A DNA stretch of 64,000 nt, from the NCBI GenBank assembly GCA_002633005.1, contig NMRA01000002.1, positions 2,326,655-2,390,654 on the forward strand. The letters run 5' to 3'. The stretch is from Phoronis australis. Taxonomy: Eukaryota; Animalia; Phoronida. Shown here piece by piece: positions 25,651 through 37,740 of this stretch. Under the pieces are notes generated by a model that worked only from the letters and a program-made list of their open reading frames with translations, was not told the origin of the DNA and did not search any database. Position 1 is the first letter of the stretch. Each line of letters opens with the position of its first letter. The position numbers and the translations under genes are program-made.

Positions 25651-26719
25651 CGTAGTTCATGTGCATAGTGACCACCGCGCCTTTGCTTATAGGTCCAGTT
25701 TGCAGTCCGTACCTGTAGAATACTACTAATCCGTTTGAAGCTACGAATAACAGCTTAGTTCCGCCCACCTCAAAGTCGAGTGTGTTATGGCGACCGTACT
25801 CGTGATATTACGTTTCCTTTCCCCGTGAAGCGCCACTAAGCCCACCAAACTGCGCTTGTCATAATTGCATCGGTTAGAGCATAGCCCACACTTGAAACAG
25901 AGTGACACCATGCGACTGGGTCACTTTTTGGAGGCGCCAGCCAGCCCTATGATTTTTTAAACTGTTTGCAACTCGTAAAATACCCTGCCCGGTTGTGTTC
26001 AGAGGCAATGACGGAAACTTAGCCCTATGGCAAGGACAGATTTGATATCGATTGTGTGGTTTGCCGGAGTGTAGTTTTGATTTCGCATACTGTTTGATAT
26101 CTTATGTTTTGCTTTACACACAGTTACTGTTGTATTTCACCCTCGTTGTTTATCTGGCTGGAATACGAAACTCTAATTAGGCCTTTTTTCGTTAAATCTA
26201 TACTTTTTTGTTACCGTGACACTCTGCATACCCGGTTTTTCCTTACCAAGTTGAATTCAAATTTCAGTGCAAAATACACGCACCGTTTTCAAGTTCGAAT
26301 TCGCAACTAGCGTTGGCGAATCCCAATAATCTGCTCAAACGCCTTCGTGAGTGCCTGATGCTCGTGTTAGTAACTGGGAGTCCCGCTTTCACGGTAAGAA
26401 ATATATTTGAACCCCACCGGCACTCCGCTCGACAGCTGACCGCGGTAACTTAGGGACCACATTACGAATGTGGAAAGACCGACACCCCAGGGATTTGTAG
26501 TTGCAACATCTTTTTGTATAGTCTGTGAATACGAGTCCACTATCATGGTCGATCAACAACTGTCGCTGGCTTTCTTCTGTAAAACACTCTAATAGACTAG
26601 GATAAACAATCGCTAGAACTTATTTTTGTGGCATGATCAAACGAAATATGGAAATTGCCCTGTATTACAGCCTAAAAACCGTAGCTTCGTGATCGGCGAA
26701 ATATTATTATGTCATTGAA

Positions 26720-26870
26720 CATGCGCGCACCCAGGGGGAGGGCTCGCGAGACGGAGGCCATTTGGCGAAGTGGGCAAAAAGATCTGCGTCAGAGAAACAA
26801 AAAAAGTGCGAGAAAACGAGACAAAAGTCCACAGGGATTCGGCGCTAATGTACAATTCACAGGTCTAAAC
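26720..26870. mobile_element. CATG-ended MITE family A, truncated copy in reverse orientation
   Basis: catgcgcgcacccagggg...atttggcgaagtgggcaaaaa matches the reverse complement of the right arm of the 20201 and 33700 copies. Confidence 0.6.
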
Positions 26871-28675
26871 TTACAGTAGTACCCCATTCTTTGTTTTATT
26901 AGGCCTCGTTTCCTTTTTTCAGTAAAAATTTCAGTGAAATTGACTTAAGACTAGACAGAAATTGGTCTTACCACCTGGCTCCTCAAAATTCCAATGTTTA
27001 GCTAAGTGAGTGCATCAAAGTCTAGAAATAATTGTCAGTTGTGTGTATTTTCTCAGAGACTTACACTTTTGCTTAGTATGTGAACTTTAATTATTTTTGG
27101 AAATAGTTGTTAGCCGAAAACCAAATTTCTGTCTTAACTTTTCCTTCATTATTCATGTAATCTCGCGACTTAATTATCTGGACACAAATAAAATATTCCA
27201 TGACTGAACACAGAACCAGTTTCATAACATATCGCTAAATACGATTTTGTATACGTTAAACACTAAAGTTCGATGTCGTGAATTTTTTTTTTATTAAGGC
27301 TGTTAATGTACTGCCAGAAGATCAAAACAAACTTCACAATTCTAGTGAACTGCATTATTCTGAAGGAGCAGCCGCAGATACTATAACTAAATTGGAAAAG
27401 TCATCATTCCGCAACCGCAGATGCAAGGCGTTTTCCCGTTGCTCCCAACTTTTTCGATTCTACAGTCGAACAAAAACTTGGGGAAAATCACCCCTGTAGC
27501 CAATATCTTACACGACTGGTTAACTCCATTCTGGCATTTAGTTGGAGGGCCGGCTCTCTTTCGTTCGACAATTGCTCTAATCTCCGATCAGATCGTATCT
27601 AGCCCGACTGGACGTTGTGCTGCTAAACATGAAAGTTAACTTATAACATATTTGAACATAAACCAATAGCATTTCTGAATTCCTTGTCAAATGCTGATCA
27701 TCCTTAGTTTTGTAATCACCAAAATCGCCCAACTACAACAGAAGTTAAGACAATCCATTCTGCCAGGTTTCAGTAACCGTTTGAAGCCTGGGACTGAGAT
27801 AATTGGCCTGCTTGTTGTCATTCGGGACAAAAGACTGTGCTGGAGAGTTAACAATGGCGCCAGACGTTATCGCACGTTCAGAATTAACCCCTCACGTCTG
27901 CAAAAATTGCTGCACGACAGAACGCCGTCATGATTCACAGTCCTTTCCCGTTGACTTGAGCCCGCCGTGTTCAGACTTGAAAATTAATTGGAGCCCCAGT
28001 TTTATACGTCATTGTGTTATTTGAATGAGTGAATTCGAATAAAATGTCAAAATATTACCAGTAGGCCTACACGCGGAGGCAGAAAAAGGCGTTATGATGA
28101 GTGACCTAGTTTTTGTGGTGTCCAGCACAACGTGACGTTGAAATGGAACATCGAAGGATTGCGTGCATGTATCGACGGATTTGTATCCCTAAGTTTGTTG
28201 ATTTCTACTTGTCAGGAGTTGCAATTCACAATACAAAAATAAATTGCAAGCATGAGAACTATAATAAATGACTCCGTCGGTTCCGCAGGGTCATCCGGCT
28301 AAGGCATGAGATTTTGGTTCTCGATGACAAATTCAAGCTTACAAATCTATCAGGTGTCTCACAAGTATAGCTTGTAGACCCAGCGGAACTAGCGAAGTGG
28401 TGGCAGCCCACCAATAGGCCTACAATGACTTTTCACGTACATGTAAAATGGTATAACGTAACCACCACTGTAGCCATCAATTTGCAGCCTGCAGTTGAAT
28501 ATAAGCTTGGCGATGAAGTCATTCTAAAGAAGTCGCACATAATCGAGAAGGAGTCAGAGAAGCGTTTCCAATTTTGCTAAGCGTGGTCATATTCTTTTTC
28601 TCTCATTTTCAGGACCAACAGAACTGGCTTTGTTTTTGTGGTGCTGGCACACGAACAGACGAGTCTGTGACTACG

Positions 28676-29515
28676 ATGTCTAGTGCTGATCTAAGGCGCA
28701 AATTTGTAGTTGAGAGTATGGACCAAGATCCGTGTCGACGCTCGAAGCAGGATCCCCTCCCTCGTGTTAAAGGTTCCACACGTATCACTAATAGTCAGTC
28801 GAAGAAAACACAAGAGAACGTTGGCTTAGAAGAGTATCACAAAATGAGAAAGAAGGGAGGTTACCTTAAGCTTCCCCCAATCGGTACGAAGAAATTAGAC
28901 CATCCTGATCATTTACAGGATGACCGGCAACATAGTATTGACGACTTGAAGGTTCCTGATTTCGTATCCGGAAAGGTTTTTGAGAGAAACGCGAATGATG
29001 TGTCTACGCGAATACTTGTTGATGAGAGTGTTCCGTCTGTGCCCGGGTCGGAGTTTTCCCATCGGTTAATACTCCCCCCTATTACAGCCTTAGAGAAAAG
29101 TCCTCGCCTTAGGCAAAAGACAACAACGCAATCCATTCAAAAAGTGAATCCTCGATTGGAAACAAAATACGACCAGTATATGAAAGCCTCATATTATTAT
29201 GAAAAAATGAAAGACGCGTTGATTCCAAACCAGACTGAAAAAAGTGCCAAATTATGTTTGGGAGACTTAAGCGCGTTGCAGGTTCAAACTATAACTCGGG
29301 AGGAATACTTTTCCAAGTCCGACTTGGACTTCAGGTCGTATAAGAAGCGAAAAAAGCAACTTGCCGATCCAATTTTAGACAGTTTTTTGAAAGGAGAGCA
29401 CAAGATGCGACGTTTTGGTATCTGCGTGGAAGTGGATGCGATTTACTTCCAAGGAACTCTCATGAAATTCTGCCACGACTTAGCTATCTTGACCGCCATA
29501 CAACACTGTTTCTGA
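28676..29515 (+). CDS. Uncharacterised protein, about 279 aa, single coding exon
   Basis: Longest uninterrupted plus-strand ORF, with natural composition (basic, low-complexity N-terminus; ordered-looking C-terminus DPILDSFLKGEHKMRRFGICVEVD...LAILTAIQHCF). A pyrimidine-rich acceptor lies at 28611-28612 and the first ATG at 28676. A possible upstream donor acg|gtaaga lies near 26393. Confidence 0.7.
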   Translation: MSSADLRRKFVVESMDQDPCRRSKQDPLPRVKGSTRITNSQSKKTQENVGLEEYHKMRKKGGYLKLPPIGTKKLDHPDHLQDDRQHSIDDLKVPDFVSGKVFERNANDVSTRILVDESVPSVPGSEFSHRLILPPITALEKSPRLRQKTTTQSIQKVNPRLETKYDQYMKASYYYEKMKDALIPNQTEKSAKLCLGDLSALQVQTITREEYFSKSDLDFRSYKKRKKQLADPILDSFLKGEHKMRRFGICVEVDAIYFQGTLMKFCHDLAILTAIQHCF

Positions 29516-30042
29516 ATCTCACATCAGCTTTACCGGAAAAAGATTTGTGAAACAGTAACAAGTGTTTGATTATTACTTCGCATCTAAACAACAGCATCGT
29601 GCGTCCAAGGTCTTCAGTCCATAAGACTGCGCGATAGACCTTCAAGAGAGTTGTGGACACGACATCCGCGGAAAACCAATCGCAACAACACCTGATTTCA
29701 TTGAACAGTTTGATGGCTTCATTTCATAAATTTTTCAAAAGCATCCGGCCGAACGCGATGACCGGGGATCACGTATTGTTTTTCTAGTAAATGATTGGTG
29801 GCAGATTTTCAGCAATTTTGTGCCCCCGAGTGAGGGTCGCGGTCGGGCCGCCTGTGAACTTCGCTCTAGGTTGGGCCTTTTCACAAAAAATGCACTCGGA
29901 TTTGAACACGTGCGGTTAATACTTAAAAGTAGTCTGATAAAATGTCACGCCCATGCACTTTTGTTGTTGCATGTGATTATTTGAAAACCGTTAAAATGAT
30001 GAAGCCAATTTTAAAAGACAATATGTGGTCACAAGACCCAGT

Positions 30043-30695
30043 ATATTTTCTTCGTAGTTCATTCCGAAGAGGAGCAAATTGGCAAATCATGACGGTTTTT
30101 GTATCGCGCCCTCTCTTTACATGGGCGGCGTAGCACTGAAAAAAGTGAGGGGGGCTAAAGCACCCCCCCATGTGGTGCACCGCCTATAGACCATGTGCGG
30201 CCTAGCACTGAAAAAAGCGGGGGCTATAGCCCCACCCCCCCAGCCCCCTATGGTGCGCCGCCCATGCTTTGTTAACACGCGCTGTTTTTGAAGTGCATGT
30301 ACGACTTAGGCAGAAGTCTAGTTTTCACAGTGTCTGTTAGTACGAGAATGCAAAACGTGTTCCATCATNATATTTTCTTCGTAGTTCATTCCGAAGAGGA
30401 GCAAATTGGCAAATCATGACGGTTTTTGTATCGCGCCCTCTCTTTACATGGGCGGCGTAGCACTGAAAAAAGTGAGGGGGGCTAAAGCACCCCCCCATGT
30501 GGTGCACCGCCTATAGACCATGTGCGGCCTAGCACTGAAAAAAGCGGGGGCTATAGCCCCACCCCCCCAGCCCCCTATGGTGCGCCGCCCATGCTTTGTT
30601 AACACGCGCTGTTTTTGAAGTGCATGTACGACTTAGGCAGAAGTCTAGTTTTCACAGTGTCTGTTAGTACGAGAATGCAAAACGTGTTCCATCAT
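30043..30695. other. Apparently identical 326-bp tandem duplication across a single N (probable assembly overlap)
   Basis: 30043-30368 equals 30370-30695, separated by n at 30369. Confidence 0.9.
30120..30266. mobile_element. CATG-ended mini-MITE family B, internally dimeric copy (repeated at about 30447-30593 by the duplication)
   Basis: cttta|CATGGGCGGCG...CGCCGCCCATG|ctttg, a 4/5 TSD match. Confidence 0.75.
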
Positions 30696-32609
30696 ATGAT
30701 CTAGTATTACTTACACCAGACCCAATCTGCAGTGATTACGTGGCACCGTAAGCTTTATGCTGACTTATTAAATTCTATTATTGTGTAATACCCAGAATGT
30801 GTGTACTCAAATTTCATTTCCATACATGTACATGTAGGTAGATGGCAATAGAAAATTCTTAAATGTTCTCCCCGCTGGGCCCACGTCAATTCCATCGTAA
30901 ATTTTGATTGTCACACTGAGAAAAATGTAACAGTTGGCATTACAATTGGATTTCTCAATAGTTCATGTGCATGTCAAGCTTTGCGTGTAATGTTTTTAAT
31001 ACTGGATACGTGTAGCTGTTTCCTGTTATGGGTACTGCATGTTTCGAGTACGGTTTGTGCATAGCACATAAACTGTGAACCATACAGTTAGAGATACGCC
31101 TACAAGGCTGTGAGTTATGAGTTTAGGTTGAGTCTATATTAAATTATATATACTTTATGTTAACGTTGTGTAGGACCTTATATACAGGTCTTTGCATTCA
31201 TTCATATTCTTAGAATTCGATTTTTGACTTTATACCATTTTGCCATTGAGTGAATTACATGACCATGTGTTTTTAGTAATATTTCCAAAAACAAAGGCAA
31301 ATTCTTAGAAAATTAAAACAACGTCATACTTAACATGACCCAATTCAGGTTTCATGAACAATTTTCTAAATTCAGTTACCATTGGAACATTTTCAGAACA
31401 ATTCTTATCTGAAAGTTTAATCATAGATACACGTTAAAAGAAAGATTCGCAACTCTGTCAAATCTCGCAGCCTATCGCGAACTACGTGAAGAGGATTCAT
31501 AACCTCCCGTGTCTTGGTGTCATGTAGCAACGAAGGTAAACGTTCCTTTTTTTATTTCGCGCATTTCGAGCATTTTTTTTTAGTTTGAAATGAACTTGCT
31601 GTGTTTCCTGCAAACACAATCAGGCATGCCAGCCATACAAGTCGGATTTTTGCTACGAAGCGCTCCGGAACAAACTTGACAAGTTGTTGTTGATCGGCCC
31701 GAATACTGCGACAGTTCAACACAAAATCAAGACTTTCGGCCCAAAGAAAGGTAGAATCAATTGGATATTTGTTTCATCTGGTTGAATTCTCAGTCGTTTA
31801 CGGTGAAATTTAGTTTGAATTTTGTGATTTTGAAGGAATTTTGGCTCGACCTAAATGTAGTAGATACTCAGCTGTAACTACGTCTACAATACGTAGCAAA
31901 ACAATATGGCAAAATTCAGCAAAACCGAAATTTTGCCATTTTTCGTGATTTCACAAGCTCATAATATTAGCGTGCACAGCGGTAGAAAAATAAGCCAGCG
32001 AAATATTTACACTACACTTTCTTCTTTCTATTGAGAACCATTACAACAAATTTGGACATGAATGAATATTTTTAAAAATCGAATTCATGCGAGCACTTCA
32101 CATATTTTTCACTCACCGGTAAATTCTTGTGACTTATAGTTTGGGAATAAACTTTCAGCTGCTAAACGGCCGTAAATGAACCGATATTAGTGATATTTAT
32201 ATCAAATACTTTGCTAAGAAATTTCTGCTTTCGACCTTGAGTGTAAAGTTTTGTTTTTTATAAAAGTATGAGAAAATGTATTTTTTTAATTTCCTGCCTT
32301 GTCAAAGTTTTTCCTCTTGGAAAGCACTGCACTTGGTGAAATTACCCTTGTTAAACATTGGATTGCTTTAAAGTGTACACAACATGACTCTAGTACCTCA
32401 AAATAAATTTTATTATTATATCTTACTCGATTTCAGTGCCTTTAATGCACAGCTTATAAAGAAACACGCAAAAATTGAAAAAAATAATAATTATGTACAA
32501 CGTCATGGGTTGAACCCAAGTCGTTCGCCATACTGTTCGGATCAGAGACAAAGTGTATAGAGTGAAGAGAAAGCAAACTACATTTAGCGTCGAGAAGGTT
32601 CGTAGAGGG

Positions 32610-32850
32610 ATCAAAAGATGAGTTTCCGGAGGCTTCAGCAACAGCAGCCAGGCGGAGAACGTCTCGGTGTTCCGAAGGACACCAAAGTTGCCCAGAAGTG
32701 GCATCGATTCGTGCACCGAACGAGAGTGTGGGACGTCATCGTGGACCAAGCGATTCGGTCCGGGGCCACTCTGTCTTCTGCCCATGCACTTTCAGGACTC
32801 GTGTTTCGACTCCAGTCACAGGAGACGTTACGATGAAGGCCTGGTTCAAT
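32610..32850 (+). pseudogene. Frameshifted THAP zinc-finger relic (transposase N-terminus)
   Basis: Across frames: R*VSGGFSNSSQAENVSVF / PKDTKVAQKWHRFVHRTRVWD / HSVFCP / MHFQDSCFD. This fits the THAP C-x-C...FP...W...C-x2-HF pattern, with a stop, lost cysteines and frameshifts. Confidence 0.7.
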
Positions 32851-32865
32851 AAAGGACAATATTTA

Positions 32866-33125
32866 TCATTCAGAAACATCAGCTCTTAATTCAGGATCGT
32901 CTGTTGGATGACTGGGTTGACTCGCCGAGCCCGAGGCCGCTTCTCTCGCGGGAGGATCCAGTTCGTAAGGCTCAAAGTAGAAAAGTACGCAGCCGGAAGC
33001 ACATTAAACTTGTTCTCGCTTTCGTGCAACTCCATTTCCTCATCCTGGCCACCATTCCCGTACGTGTTTTCATAGTATTCGTTCAATTCTTGCTCATAAT
33101 CGTCAAATTCCCTGCTCTCCGCCAT
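32866..33125 (-). pseudogene. Relic first exon of the transposon's second (accessory) gene
   Basis: MAESREFDDYEQELNEYYE..., then after a frameshift FYFEPYELDPP...DDPELRADVSE(W). This resembles the acidic FEP...R...W leader seen before Cys-rich (P2X7-ballast-like) domains in transposon accessory proteins. Confidence 0.45.
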
Positions 33126-33516
33126 TGTTCAATGCTAGTCACTGATCTCTTGTGATCAACCCATGACGTCACATGGCGGGAAATGTGAAAATTGGCAAAA
33201 TTGAAAGAAAAATCAAAATTTAGAGCTAATTACACAAAATAAACATGGGTTTAGCTAAATTTTACGTCATACATTTAGTCTGTGGCCACCGGTAATTCAA
33301 AATGTGCAAAAATCCATGGTGTGTACTGTTTAAATGTGGAAATTTTTTAGTGCAATATTCTCATGCTCAAGCTATAGGCGTTCCTGTATGAATTCTCAAG
33401 TAAAATAAATGAAGAGAAAATTCTACAATGTAAAGATTGATTGAGAAACTTTATTTTGGAAAATAAATAGTATCCAAAGTGTATTTTGTATTCCTTCCTC
33501 ATAAATGTATACAAAC

Positions 33517-34090
33517 ACTTTATCTATTAATATTGTTGCTTTTTCTTGTTTGTCATTGTAAATATCAATTCCACTGTGTATTTGAGTTGCCAGTTCTCAT
33601 TTAACGATTGTAAAGTAAGGCAGGGGAATCCCAGACCCCTGTTACTTACTCATTGGAACTGGGAAAATAAAAAATGAAAAACACTTTATATAATATTGTC
33701 ATGTGCGCAACCAGCCTAAAATATGGGGGCTCAAATTTTTCAATACGTGGACCTTTTACTGAAAAAAACGAGGACTAAGAAAACAAAAGGGGTACTACAT
33801 TCAGACCTGTAAATTGTGAATTTGTACTGAATTCCTTTGGACTTTTTGTCTCGTTTTCTCAGGCTGTTTATTTCGCTGAGGCGGACCTTTTTGCCCATTT
33901 TGCCAAATAGAGGGGCTCGATTGAGCCCCCCGAGCCCCACTGGGAGCGCGCATGATTGTTGTTTTTTCCTGTTTGTCATTGTAAAAATCAATTCCACTGT
34001 ATTTTTTGCTAATTTTCACTTAACGATAATAAAGTAAGGCAAGGGAATCCCAGACCACTCTTGAAACTGTGAAAATAAAAAATGAAAAAT
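33517..34090. repeat. Diverged tandem duplication of about 165 bp, with the second unit split by a MITE
   Basis: acactttat...aatattgtt...gtcattgtaaa...aaagtaaggca.gggaatcccagacc...gaaaataaaaaatgaaaaa occurs twice. Confidence 0.75.
33700..33954. mobile_element. CATG-ended MITE family A with 5-bp TSD
   Basis: ATTGT|CATGTGCGCAACCAG...CTGGGAGCGCGCATG|ATTGT. The empty site is preserved in the neighbouring tandem unit. Confidence 0.85.
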
Positions 34091-34303
34091 GTCCATTTTG
34101 TATGTGTGTGCTGTCTTTCACTGTCATCACGGGAATTAGTGTCGTTTCGAAAACAAAGTCTGTAGGTAACAAATGTAAATTTCACTCTGACAAACTATTA
34201 TGCTTCAACATAAATGGATGCCCTTAAATAGTGCATTGTTATGCTTTCTAACACAAGAGCAACTGGGAGTCGTTCAAGTACAGTATCCAAGACAGATATC
34301 CAG

Positions 34304-34704
34304 GGCCCGGTCTCTAATTTTTATACTCGAAACGAACACGAAACTATTTTTGGCAATTTCTCTGCTCCTTTTGTGCGAAGTTAAGATACTTGGTTATCAG
34401 ACTGTGCTCGAATACATTATAGTTTATGCATAGGATATTCTAGTTCAAGTTTGCCCTTGAAGACCCTTATATTCGTGCTACAAACTCGAGTAAAAACTCG
34501 AAATTTCGAGTTCAAACTCGAACTTATTGCTTTAATATTGGGTTTACAAACTGTGAACTAAGGGCAATAAATTATCTACGTAAGTTATTGTGTACTCGAG
34601 CATAGAATAATAGACACTTATCTTGAGTTCGCCCAAAAGTAGAGTAGAAAATGCCAAACCTAATTTCGAGTTTCATTTCGAGTAAAAAGATTGGAGACCG
34701 GGCC
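34304..34704. mobile_element. PIF/Harbinger-like MITE, copy 2 (401 bp)
   Basis: CAG|GGCCCGGTCTC...GAGACCGGGCC|CAG: perfect 11-bp TIR and 3-bp CWG TSD. Confidence 0.85.
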
Positions 34705-36624
34705 CAGGAGGCAATTTCTTTCCTGAATCACCACCACATTGCCAGTCAAGAAGTACCGACATTATTGCAAGATGCATGTGACTTTTTGATCTTTTTTCAG
34801 TACTATAAATCTGCACAAATCTCGTGAAGGAATGAGATGATGACTTTCTCTGAGTAACTAGGCATTATAATATTTCAATCAGAGTACATGCAAAACCATT
34901 GATAACCACTAAAAATACGGCTGACAGAACAGCTACAGTTGTACATGTATCAACACCTGAGGAAAATTTAAGCATTTCAGTCTTTCCCTCTCATGTTCTC
35001 TGATTTCAAATTTGGTGGTATTTTGTTTCAGTTGGTGGTTTTGCTTCATGTTATTATATAATTGTTCTTCTTCCGCAAGCAAAATTATAACACTCAAAAC
35101 TGCATTCCCTTCACTGTGTTTAAAGTCCAAAAAACTTAATTGTACTGTACAAGTTTTCTTGCGAACATTGAATATCTGTTGATACCCAGCATTTAAGTCA
35201 CAAAACCCTAAAAGAGTCAGCTCCTTCCAAATTTGACTTCTTTAATTCAATCGCAGGTTAACTCTCCACTACTCAGTATTGGAACTGATTCTATTGTGGC
35301 AGACGAATATTCACGTTCATTGTAATACTGAAAATTAGCTATTTTTTTAAAAGCCTGGGGGAAGAGTTTACTTTCACAAAACCACTTTGCAGATAAAACT
35401 TTTAGTTCCATATTACTTTACAGGTATTCTATTTGTAATATTTACAACCTATCATTTTAAGAGGATGTTCAGACACTGAAAAAGAGACATGAACATTAGG
35501 TCTTAATGAGCATGCCTATCTTCATAATCATAATCATAAGTATACGACTCGTCAAGAAACTGGAGAACACGTTGCGATTGAAAGTACTGGAGTCCTTTTG
35601 GTAGCATTCGAGAAGCCTGTTTTAAATAAACGGCAAACAGGCTCACGTTACATTTGTTTGCGCAACATTCCTGTTACGCCTCCTCATCTATTTTTCAGTC
35701 TTTGCAGTATTTCACACCTGCTGTGTCCCACTGTGTATTTCACTAGCTTTTGCCGTCTCATTTTACTTCCTCTTGAGAATGAAACAAGCATGTTTCGAAA
35801 TACTGTGTGTTTTAATCATGTCTCTTGGTCAGTTGCTTTAACAGTGAGTGTCGAACTTTGTTCCGAGGACTAGGAATGGAATAAAGATTGTGAACAGCCA
35901 GCGACAACTGTCGTGTATTGAACCAATTTTGCATAATCATAACTATGTATAGAAGTTACGTTACAATTTACTTTTGACTTATTGTAATTGTGACAGCAAG
36001 TTTTGACACTCGGGTTTTGCAAATGGTGTGTGAATATTAGCCTTTGGCCCTTCTCCCCTGGAACAAAGCTGCGTAATTACACAAATATTTATTGTTACAG
36101 ATTTATTTTTGTTGGTTAATACTTGTCCTTATTTTTATGAATTGATTCGTGCGGTACTGAATTTAAACAAACACTAATACTACTTGCATAAAAAATCAGC
36201 TGATGCGATTGAAAGTGTAAACAGGGGAAAATCAGATGAAGACGTTTCTGGCTCTAACTCATAACATGGCTAAATTATCTCGTGAATGTTTTAAATGACA
36301 TGATGGGAACAATACAGGCATTTTATTTTTACAATTCTTAAAAACTTCGAAAAAAATTGAGCAATTCGACTATTTACTTAACCAAATCTTGAAACGAGTG
36401 AAAAGACCGCTTCGTAAAACCGGAAGTTTTCTATCCTGCGTGTGCAGCGAACTCTAATCGTCAGTGCTTATGCTCTAAAGAGAGTTGGCGATCCATATCT
36501 ATAGTCTATGGTTTAATATGACCGACAGGGTGTTGCCAATTTCCACTTGTCAGTACAGGCGTCCTCAGTTTCTGATCGTTCCCAATACACTATATATACA
36601 CTGTATACAGCACACATCACGAAT

Positions 36625-36825
36625 TTTTGGCCGACCGGTCGGAAATTGGTCGACGACCGGCCGTCGACCGGTCGGCAAATTAGTCGACCGCTCGGCTAAA
36701 AATTAGCCGACCGCCAGCCGCCCGCAGTGCCGACTCATAAGGCGACCCCACAGCCGACCCTTCAGCCGACCCTTTAGCCGACCGGCCATCAGGCGACCAG
36801 CTGGTCGGCTGCTATTGTTCGGCTA
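36625..36825. repeat. GC-rich cluster of CCGACC/GGTCGG motifs in both orientations (probable transposon subterminal repeats)
   Basis: ggccgaccggtcgg...gtcgacgaccggccgtcgaccggtcgg...agccgaccc repeated. Confidence 0.6.
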
Positions 36826-37332
36826 GAGTAGCAGTTGCGTAATAGGTTGTCAGGCTCATACCACTTTGCGTGTCCATGCATATTCGTCTTAGCACAGGGT
36901 CAAATAAATTAACCTAGTTTTGCTGTCTCGGTTACATGAGTTCACGTCGGTTGTGTAACACCACTACTTCGAAGGTTGAAGGCAAGCGGCATTAGTAAAC
37001 ATTGGATTATGGACAATGCAACAAGTTTTGTATGAAAAACGTGAAAGTTTTCTTTACATTTGATCTTTAATTTGACTCCTGACGTTAACAAATTGTATTA
37101 GATCGGTTGCTTCCCGGTCAATACAACGCTGTATAGTCATTTTGTAAACGCGGCTGTTTTTCGCAGTCTTCGCCCACAATTGATTTTGTTTGTGTAACGC
37201 CAAACTGCATCGTTTTTGCGTGTTTTAAGTTATTCACCGGTCTCCTATCACGCGCCCATGATGAAGGATTAGTGAGTGAGTTGTTACACCGCGAAGAGTT
37301 CTCACTCCGGGGATTTTATTTTCATAGTATTG

Positions 37333-37740
37333 NNNNNNNNNNNNNNNNNNNNNNNNNNNNNNNNNNNNNNNNNNNNNNNNNNNNNNNNNNNNNNNNNNNN
37401 NNNNNNNNNNNNNNNNNNNNNNNNNNNNNNNNNNNNNNNNNNNNNNNNNNNNNNNNNNNNNNNNNNNNNNNNNNNNNNNNNNNNNNNNNNNNNNNNNNNN
37501 NNNNNNNNNNNNNNNNNNNNNNNNNNNNNNNNNNNNNNNNNNNNNNNNNNNNNNNNNNNNNNNNNNNNNNNNNNNNNNNNNNNNNNNNNNNNNNNNNNNN
37601 NNNNNNNNNNNNNNNNNNNNNNNNNNNNNNNNNNNNNNNNNNNNNNNNNNNNNNNNNNNNNNNNNNNNNNNNNNNNNNNNNNNNNNNNNNNNNNNNNNNN
37701 NNNNNNNNNNNNNNNNNNNNNNNNNNNNNNNNNNNNNNNN
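37333..37740. other. Assembly gap (N run)
   Basis: Continuous n. Confidence 1.

Larger units (their letters stand above)
32372..33329. mobile_element. Internally deleted Kolobok-like DNA transposon with relics of two convergent genes
   Basis: TTAA|AGTGTACACAACATG...CATGGTGTGTACTGT|TTAA. Contains a decayed THAP domain on the plus strand and an acidic N-terminal ORF on the minus strand. Confidence 0.7.

Noticed and set aside
30043-30695. Real tandem duplication
   Set aside because: The copies appear identical and are joined by a single N, which is typical of a scaffolding overlap artefact.
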